Assembly: GCA_050258375.1 (NCBI GenBank)
Contig: JBLMYQ010000002.1
Span: 29,543-93,542 of the forward strand
Direction of reading: 5' to 3'
Length of the DNA: 64,000 bases
From: Deltaproteobacteria bacterium
GTDB lineage: Bacteria > Bacillota > Clostridia > Acetivibrionales > UBA4821
This document shows positions 57,831-64,000 of the stretch, one piece after another (the stretch's first letter is position 1; each line of letters starts with the position of its first letter). Below the pieces are notes generated by a model. The model saw only the letters and a program-made list of their open reading frames with translations. It searched no databases and had not been told where the DNA came from. The translations under genes were made by a program, and so were the position numbers.

Positions 57831-57966
57831 GTGTAAAATGTAAAGTGTAGAGTTACCTTACAAAACAGAAACCCATACCTACGCATTCAATATCCAAAAC
57901 ACAATGGACATTTTAGGGCTTGAATTAAAGGTTTAAACTTTACATTTTACATTTTAAACTTTACAC
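57831..57966. repeat. inverted arrays of GTGTAAA heptamers flanking a ~80-bp spacer (ywlE-tsaC intergenic)
   Basis: left GTGTAAAATGTAAAGTGTAGAG; right GTTTAAACTTTACATTTTACATTTTAAACTTTACAC (rc matches left). Confidence 0.6.
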
Positions 57967-57971
57967 TTCTT

Positions 57972-59036
57972 TTAGTCTGCCCTAATAACATTATACCCTG
58001 CGGCTCTTATCATGCGATTCATTATAGCCATACCTATCCCATTTTTTTCGATAGCCTCCATGAAAACTATATCAACCTTTTCTTCATCAAATTTTCTAAG
58101 CAGCCTAAAAAGATTTGCAGCTATTGTTTCCGGATTATCTCTATCTCCGGCCGAGAAAACCAAGCCGGTATTATACAACTTCTTTGTTTGCTCTGTTGCC
58201 ATGATTCCAACCCTTTTCCCTTGATTTAAAAATGCTTTGGCTCTGGACTCTATTTCTTTTACGATTTTATCAATTGAGCCATCAACTAAAATCACTTCCG
58301 CTTCCGGCGAATAATGTTTATATTTTACGCCAGGACTTCTTGGAATTTCTACGCTTTCTTCCATCTTTATATTTATGTGCCTATCTGTGTCAACTCTTCC
58401 TGTTACCTCTTTAATCTGCTCAAATGTAACTGCCCCGGGTCTTAGTATTATCGGAACCTCTCCAGAAATATCAAGAACAGTAGATTCCAAGCCAACCCTA
58501 CAGTCTCCGCCATCAATAATAACATCAACCCTTCCATCCAAATCCTTTAAAACATGGCTTGCAGAAGTAGGACTTGGGGAACCCGAAATATTAGCACTTG
58601 GAGCTGCAACAGGAACATCAGCAAATTTTAAAAGCTGGAGTGCAATATTATTGTCAGGCATTCTGATTCCCACAGTATCAAGCCCTGCCGTAACAATCTC
58701 AGAAACAGCTTTTGATTTTTTTACTACCAAAGTAAGCGGCCCGGGCCAAAATTTTTCTGCTAAAGGCTTAAGCATTACGGGTATTTCAGATGCAACCTCC
58801 TCAATCTGCTTAATATTCCAGATGTGAACAATCAAAGGATTATCTGCTGGTCTTCCTTTAGCAATAAAGATTTTTTCAACAGCTTTTTCATCCAGAGCAT
58901 TCGCACCCAAGCCATAAACCGTTTCAGTCGGAAAAACTACAGTGCCTCCGGCTTTTAATGTCTGTGCTGATATTTCTATATTTTTAATATCTTTTTCAAT
59001 ATTTTGTATCTTAAAAGTTTTGGTCAATTTCTTCAC
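57972..59036 (-). CDS. tsaC: L-threonylcarbamoyladenylate synthase (Sua5/YwlC type with C-terminal Sua5 domain); start GTG 59036 or TTG 59027
   Basis: YrdC domain GGTVVFPTETVYGLG..., 354 aa. Confidence 0.85.
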   Translation of the reverse strand: MKKLTKTFKIQNIEKDIKNIEISAQTLKAGGTVVFPTETVYGLGANALDEKAVEKIFIAKGRPADNPLIVHIWNIKQIEEVASEIPVMLKPLAEKFWPGPLTLVVKKSKAVSEIVTAGLDTVGIRMPDNNIALQLLKFADVPVAAPSANISGSPSPTSASHVLKDLDGRVDVIIDGGDCRVGLESTVLDISGEVPIILRPGAVTFEQIKEVTGRVDTDRHINIKMEESVEIPRSPGVKYKHYSPEAEVILVDGSIDKIVKEIESRAKAFLNQGKRVGIMATEQTKKLYNTGLVFSAGDRDNPETIAANLFRLLRKFDEEKVDIVFMEAIEKNGIGMAIMNRMIRAAGYNVIRAD

Positions 59037-59084
59037 TCTTCCTTAGTATGATATTTTAAGTTTCTTAATCTTACCATATTTTTT

Positions 59085-59130
59085 TAGTAAAACAAAGAAG
59101 AAAAGCTCCTTAATTTTAAAGAGCTTTTCT
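59085..59130 (-). terminator. hairpin spanning citrate synthase stop codon
   Basis: GAAAAGCTC-loop-GAGCTTTTC then TTCTTTGTTTT on minus strand. Confidence 0.35.
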
Positions 59131-60489
59131 TTCTTCAATTGGCACATATTTGCTTCTCGATCCTATCCCAATATACGCAGGCCGGATTAAATCAGCCTTA
59201 TTTTTTATCCCCTCAAGACGGTGTGCACTCCAACCAACAACCCTTGCAATTGCAAAAAGTGCTGTAAATAATTCAAGAGGAATTCCCAGCATTTTGTATA
59301 AAAGCCCACTGTATAGGTCAACGTTTGCACATATACTTTTTGACCTTTTCTTTTCAGATACTATGACCAACGGTGCTATCCTTTCAATTCTTTCATAAAG
59401 TTGAAATTCTTCCATAAGCCCCTTATCTTTTGCCAACTGCGCAGTATGTTCTCGGAGTATTTCGTTTCGTGGGTCTGAAACAGTGTAAACAGCATGTCCC
59501 ATCCCATAAACTTTTCCCGAACCGTCGAAAGCCTCTTTGTTCAAAATCTTCCTGATATAGGCTTCTATCTCTTGGTCATCCTTCAAATCTCCAACATTTT
59601 GTTTTATATCTTCAATCATCTGAACGACCTTAATATTTGCTCCGCCATGCTTTGGTCCCTTTAAGGAGCCCAAGGCAGAAGAAATCACAGCATAGCTATC
59701 AGTCTCTGTTGATGTCATAACATGAGTAGTAAACGTTGAATTATTCCCACCTCCGTGTTCTGCATGAAGAACAAGAGATAAGTCTAGCAGTCGTGCTTCA
59801 TTCTTTGTGAATACACTATCAGCCCTTAACATATGGAAAAAGTTTTCGGCCACAGTATATTCTGGCTTTGGCAAGTGCAAAAACAGACTTTCTTTTTTAA
59901 ATTCATGTGCAAAGATCCTGTAACCATAAACAGCTAACATTGGAAAAACAGAAATCAAGCCAATACACTGTTTAAGTACATTTTCAATGGATGTACTATC
60001 CGGATTAGCATCATACCTATAAAGCGATAAAACACTTTCAGATAGCCCATGCATCATATCTGAGCTTGGTGCCATAATCATTGCATTTGTAAAACCTTCT
60101 GGCAGATGCCTTCTTTCAGATAGATAAGTTTGAAAGTCTTCAAGTTGGTCTTTGCTAGGCAATCTTCCAAAAAGCAAAAGATAGATTGTTTCTTCAAAGC
60201 CAAACCTGCCATTTTCAGTAAACCCCTTAACTATTTCTTTGATTTCCATCCCTCTGTAGTATAATTCACCAGGTATTGATATAGTTTTACCTTCTATAAC
60301 ATTGTAAGAACAAATCTCACCAATTCTGGTAAGTCCTACCACAACTCCTTTGCCATCCTCATCTCTGAGTCCTCTTTTAACGTTATTCTCTCGATACTGT
60401 TGTTCAGTAACGACATCTTCCGCTTCTATCATTTCGCAGTATTCAGATATTAAATTAACCTCGCTTTTGACTTTGCAACCATTACACAT
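59116..60489 (-). CDS. citrate synthase
   Basis: LHAEHGGGNNSTFTTHV and GPKHGGAN motifs; ATG 60489 (MCNG) after AAGGAGTGA. Confidence 0.85.
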   Translation of the reverse strand: MCNGCKVKSEVNLISEYCEMIEAEDVVTEQQYRENNVKRGLRDEDGKGVVVGLTRIGEICSYNVIEGKTISIPGELYYRGMEIKEIVKGFTENGRFGFEETIYLLLFGRLPSKDQLEDFQTYLSERRHLPEGFTNAMIMAPSSDMMHGLSESVLSLYRYDANPDSTSIENVLKQCIGLISVFPMLAVYGYRIFAHEFKKESLFLHLPKPEYTVAENFFHMLRADSVFTKNEARLLDLSLVLHAEHGGGNNSTFTTHVMTSTETDSYAVISSALGSLKGPKHGGANIKVVQMIEDIKQNVGDLKDDQEIEAYIRKILNKEAFDGSGKVYGMGHAVYTVSDPRNEILREHTAQLAKDKGLMEEFQLYERIERIAPLVIVSEKKRSKSICANVDLYSGLLYKMLGIPLELFTALFAIARVVGWSAHRLEGIKNKADLIRPAYIGIGSRSKYVPIEERKAL

Positions 60490-60646
60490 TAAAATCACTC
60501 CTTTATTTTTAACTTCTTTTTTGTTCCTTCCTCCATCGGAAATACTATAATCCGAACAAGATATCTTAATATAAAATTAGCTTTATCTAGTAATTCTATA
60601 TCAATTTCTAATATTTGTAAAGCATTTCCAATAATTTCTAGCGAAT

Positions 60647-61384
60647 TCATATAAAGCTTACAAATATTCCACTCAAAATACCCAGCATATTACCAATAGA
60701 AGACAACCTTCCGGAATGAACTCTTTTTGCTTCAGGAATAAGCTCACTGCAAACAATATAAATCATTGCTCCGCCGGCAAAACCAAGGCACATTGCTATA
60801 ATTTCACGCGAAATTTCTCCAAGTAAGACTCCAAAAAATGCACCTACTGCTGTTGGAAGTCCCGACAAAATAGTTAGGAAAAGAACCCTGGAGCCTTTTA
60901 TTCCAGCCGCCCTAAGAGGAACTGCAACAGCCATTCCTTCAGGAATGTCATGAACTGCAATAACTAGTGCTATACTTAGTCCAAGCTTTATTGATGCTTC
61001 AAAGCCCGAACCTATTGCAATACCCTCAGGAAAGTTATGCAGTGAAATACCTACCGCCATTAACACTCCTGTTTTTAAAAGTGCATTATTCCCAATAGAA
61101 TTTTTTACATAATCAGCTCTTTTAACAGCATCATCCAGAATTATTATTATAATGGTTCCAAGAACAACCCCCCAGCACGAAAGACTTACACCTCCCAAAT
61201 CAAAGGCTTCTGGCAAAAGGTCGAAGCACACTACAGCCAGCATTAGTCCCGCAGAAAATTCCAATATAAAGCCAAGAAGCTTGCTGGAGTTTTTATTAAT
61301 AAAGAAAGCAAGCAGTCCACCTGTTCCAGTCCCTATAACACCTGAAAGCAGTCCAATCAAAGTAATTTCCACTATTCTATCCAT
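60647..61384 (-). CDS. ZIP-family divalent metal (zinc) transporter
   Basis: HNFPEGIAIG and HDIPEGMAVA motifs; 8 TM. Confidence 0.8.
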   Translation of the reverse strand: MDRIVEITLIGLLSGVIGTGTGGLLAFFINKNSSKLLGFILEFSAGLMLAVVCFDLLPEAFDLGGVSLSCWGVVLGTIIIIILDDAVKRADYVKNSIGNNALLKTGVLMAVGISLHNFPEGIAIGSGFEASIKLGLSIALVIAVHDIPEGMAVAVPLRAAGIKGSRVLFLTILSGLPTAVGAFFGVLLGEISREIIAMCLGFAGGAMIYIVCSELIPEAKRVHSGRLSSIGNMLGILSGIFVSFI

Positions 61385-61502
61385 AAAATACCTAATCTTT
61401 TTATTACTACACAAAAGAGAAAATGATTTTTGTAAGGAAATTCATTTTCTCTTTTGCTTAGTTTGCTAATATTTAATCTTATTCCCGTATAATAGAATAT
61501 AG

Positions 61503-61540
61503 AAAGAAAAAAATCCTCTTTTGAGGATTTTTTTCTTTCT
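61503..61540 (-). terminator. bidirectional terminator after prfA
   Basis: AAATCCTC-TTTT-GAGGATTT flanked by A6 and T9. Confidence 0.7.
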
Positions 61541-61545
61541 ATATT

Positions 61546-62610
61546 CTATTCATCTGAGCCTTGCCTTAATCTCTCACTTCTATCATTCGTTATTAGTGCA
61601 TCAATCATCTCATCTACCTCGCCATTAACAAATGCTTCCAGCTTGTAAAGTGTAAGACCGATTCGGTGGTCTGAAACCCTTCCTTGAGGAAAATTGTATG
61701 TCCTAATTCTTTCACTTCTATCTCCTGTTCCTACCTGACTTTTTCTTGCCTGTGCAAGCTTGGCATTTTCTTCTTCCAGCATTTTTTCATAAACCCTTGC
61801 CCTGAGAATTCTCATTCCCTTATCCTTATTTTTTAACTGGGATTTCTCATCCTGGCATGAAACAACTATGCCTGTAGGTATGTGGGTTATTCTCACAGCA
61901 GAATCCGTAGTATTTACGCACTGTCCTCCGGGTCCTCCTGCTCTGAATACATCTATCCTCAAATCGTTTTGGCTTATCTCCACTTCGACCTCTTCAGCTT
62001 CAGGCAAAACCGCAACCGTAACCGTGGAAGTATGTATCCTTCCGCTCGCCTCAGTCTCAGGAACTCTCTGCACTCTGTGCACACCACTTTCAAATTTCAA
62101 TCTGCTGTAAGCACCTTTCCCTTCAATCATGAATATTACTTCCTTAAATCCTCCCAAGCCTGTAGGATTTGAGCTCATTATTTCTGTTTTCCACCTGTTA
62201 GCTTCAGCATAGCGGCAGTACATTCTAAACAGAACTCCTGCAAACAAAGCAGCTTCATCTCCGCCTGCTCCACCTCGAATTTCTACAATAACGTTTTTAT
62301 CATCATTAGGGTCTTTAGGAAGAAGAAGGAATTTAAGCTCCTCTTCAATTTTCTGAATCTTTTCCTGAGCTTCGTCCAACTCCATTTGCGCAAGCTCTTT
62401 CATATCCTTATCTTGCAAAAGTTCCTGTGCATCTTTTATATCTTTTGATACTTTTTTGTATTCTCTGAACTTTTGAACAATATCTTCAATTTCAGCGTGT
62501 TCTTTCATTAATTTTCTCCACTCATCCTGATCTGCAATTACATCAGGATCACTGAGCTTAGTATTTATTTCTTCATATTTCTTTTCAACAAATTCTAGTT
62601 TTGAAAACAT
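61546..62610 (-). CDS. prfA: peptide chain release factor 1
   Basis: GGQ motif [23 protein letters not shown], PxT-type RF1 region, 354 aa, no frameshift site. Confidence 0.9.
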   Translation of the reverse strand: MFSKLEFVEKKYEEINTKLSDPDVIADQDEWRKLMKEHAEIEDIVQKFREYKKVSKDIKDAQELLQDKDMKELAQMELDEAQEKIQKIEEELKFLLLPKDPNDDKNVIVEIRGGAGGDEAALFAGVLFRMYCRYAEANRWKTEIMSSNPTGLGGFKEVIFMIEGKGAYSRLKFESGVHRVQRVPETEASGRIHTSTVTVAVLPEAEEVEVEISQNDLRIDVFRAGGPGGQCVNTTDSAVRITHIPTGIVVSCQDEKSQLKNKDKGMRILRARVYEKMLEEENAKLAQARKSQVGTGDRSERIRTYNFPQGRVSDHRIGLTLYKLEAFVNGEVDEMIDALITNDRSERLRQGSDE

Positions 62611-62630
62611 TTCATATACCCCTTTTGTTA

Positions 62631-62791
62631 GTTTAAAGTTTAAAGTGTAAAAGATAAAGTTAACTTCAAACTCTCTCCCTAAAAATTATTTATTATTTAA
62701 AAATATATATAGAAGAAATATCTATTCATGCATTTTGTTCAAGTCTTTATGTTATTTAAAACTTTACACCTTACACTTTACACTGTCTACA
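62631..62791. repeat. inverted arrays of GT(G/T)TAAA heptamers flanking ~95-bp spacer (prfA-hypE intergenic)
   Basis: left GTTTAAAGTTTAAAGTGTAAAAGATAAAG; right CTTTACACCTTACACTTTACACTGTCTACAC. Confidence 0.6.
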
Positions 62792-62795
62792 CTTG

Positions 62796-63806
62796 TCAGC
62801 ATATTCTCGGCAGAGGTTCGCCTGACAATACATCAAGAATTCTGCCTCCACTTCCAACAGTTTTTAATATTACCATAGGTTCATCTGTATTGTCTACTAC
62901 TCTCCCAATAATCGCTGATTCATTTCCATATTTATGCTTTTCCATAATACCCAGAAGCCTTTGCGCTTTTTCCTCTTCGACAAAAACAACTATTGTTCCT
63001 TCATTTGCAAGATAAAGAGGGTCAAGCCCCATCAAGCCGCAAACTCCCTTAACATCTTCTCTAACAGGAATTTTTTCCTCTAATATTTCAATTTTTACTC
63101 CGGATTGTAATGCTATTTCATTTAATACAGCAGCGAGACCTCCTCTGGTTGCATCCCTCATAACACAAATCTCAGGAACAGCCTCAAGCATATTTTTAAT
63201 AAGATTATTCAAAGGTGCTGCATCGCTTTTTACAAAAGTCTTGAATCCGAATTCTTCACGTGATGTGATAATAGAAGCCCCATGACTTCCAATTGAGCCG
63301 CTGACTATAATAACATCCCCAGGCTTTGCCATTCCTCCTCCGGTTTCAATTCCTTCAGGTACTATTCCAACTCCCGATGTATTAATGAAAATTCCGTCTG
63401 CACTGCCTTTTTCAACAACCTTCGTATCTCCGGCAGCAATTATTATGCTGGCTTCTTCAGCTGTTATTGTCATAGATTTTATTATTTTTTCCAGTTTTTC
63501 AATCTCAAATCCCTCTTCAATTATAAATGAAGCAGTTAATGCAGCCGGATTAGCTCCCATCACAGCCAAATCATTTACCGTTCCTGAAACAGCGAGCTTG
63601 CCTATATCTCCACCTTCAAAGAAAATTGGCTTTACAACAAAGGAGTCTGTAGTAAAAGCAAGCTTTGTACCCTTCAGCTCAATAATACCTGCATCATTCA
63701 TTTTATCAAGAACAGGATTAGAAAAGTATTTTTGGAACAAATTTTTTATGAGGTCCCGTGACATTCCGCCTCCGCTTCCATGTCCCATTTTTATTATATT
63801 ATTCAT
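62796..63806 (-). CDS. hypE: AIR-synthase-related protein, HypE-like (C-terminal PRIC)
   Basis: N-terminal MGHGSGGGMS..., PurM-like fold, C-terminal ...EPLPRIC as in carbamoyl-dehydratase HypE; ATG 63806 after AAAGGAG. Confidence 0.6.
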   Translation of the reverse strand: MNNIIKMGHGSGGGMSRDLIKNLFQKYFSNPVLDKMNDAGIIELKGTKLAFTTDSFVVKPIFFEGGDIGKLAVSGTVNDLAVMGANPAALTASFIIEEGFEIEKLEKIIKSMTITAEEASIIIAAGDTKVVEKGSADGIFINTSGVGIVPEGIETGGGMAKPGDVIIVSGSIGSHGASIITSREEFGFKTFVKSDAAPLNNLIKNMLEAVPEICVMRDATRGGLAAVLNEIALQSGVKIEILEEKIPVREDVKGVCGLMGLDPLYLANEGTIVVFVEEEKAQRLLGIMEKHKYGNESAIIGRVVDNTDEPMVILKTVGSGGRILDVLSGEPLPRIC

Positions 63807-64000
63807 CTTTTCTCCTTTATTATTTTCTATTTGAGTCGTTCTAAAGTTATCTCTCAAAACCCTCATTCTATCTTTCTCCCACTATTGGGAGAAACGAATC
63901 GTCTTTCTTTGAAGCTTTTAAATGATACCAAAAAACCTAAGAACTTCATAGCCGCCTGTATAACAGTTTAGAAAAAACTCAGAAAAGTTTTTTCTTGTAC

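Noticed and set aside
57831-57966. CRISPR array interpretation of the GTGTAAA repeats
   Set aside because: The units are 7 nt and contiguous, with no 25-40-nt repeats or unique spacers, and no cas genes in the window.
1-64000. tRNA, rRNA, transposase/integrase, restriction-modification or other defence genes
   Set aside because: No cloverleaf-like GC-rich 75-90-nt segments, rRNA signatures, DDE/tyrosine recombinase motifs or defence-associated domains were seen in any frame.

Overview
Low-GC (about 35%) Firmicutes/Clostridia-type chromosome segment with many SLH-domain proteins. Almost all genes are on the minus strand. Coordinates are hand-counted and may be off by about 1 nt.

Gene content in order:
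- (1) 1..1741: 5' part of a membrane H+-pyrophosphatase gene (hppA).
- (2) 1894..17254: a cell-surface polysaccharide locus.
  - Wzm/Wzt ABC exporter.
  - rmlC, rmlD, an SDR epimerase/dehydratase, manC.
  - Two tandem LtaS-family phosphotransferase paralogs.
  - A Wzx-like flippase.
  - A 911-aa Wzy/O-antigen-ligase-like protein with C-terminal TPRs.
  - An unassigned 392-aa protein with an internal tandem repeat.
- (3) 17426..25312: a six-gene operon behind a sigmaA promoter, cobalamin riboswitch and terminator/antiterminator.
  - It encodes an ECF-type transporter: fused EcfA-A', EcfT and a small S component.
  - It also encodes three secreted proteins built from transcobalamin-like modules: an alpha/alpha-toroid prenyltransferase-like repeat and/or a DUF4430 beta domain. 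One of the three is S-layer anchored by three SLH domains. I read this as a surface B12-capture/uptake system.
- (4) Housekeeping genes: spoIIR, mgtC, murA, yycJ-like MBL, rlmH, HAD, flotillin+NfeD, a flavodoxin/ferredoxin, a TPR lipoprotein, HK/RR, prepilin peptidase, ilvD, an SLH protein, nadCBA, a MGDG-synthase-family GT, recR, ybaB, dnaX, an HD-GYP signalling protein, long-form SRP RNA (ffs), ywlE-like LMW phosphatase, tsaC/sua5, citrate synthase, a ZIP transporter, prfA and a HypE-like protein.

Unexplained or non-coding structure:
- A roughly 500-nt GC-rich ORF-free hairpin-rich element (43300..43800) next to a decayed coiled-coil/GGDEF gene.
- A family of inverted arrays of the heptamer GTGTAAA in short intergenic gaps.
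- A second small repeat family (TAACTCACCCCTGCCCCTCTC with a GAGAGGGG hairpin).
- A non-canonical (ATA) start for nadA.
- Many ORF-track starts that are really TTG/GTG codons overlapping the true RBS.

No tRNA, rRNA, CRISPR, transposase or recognisable defence genes were seen.
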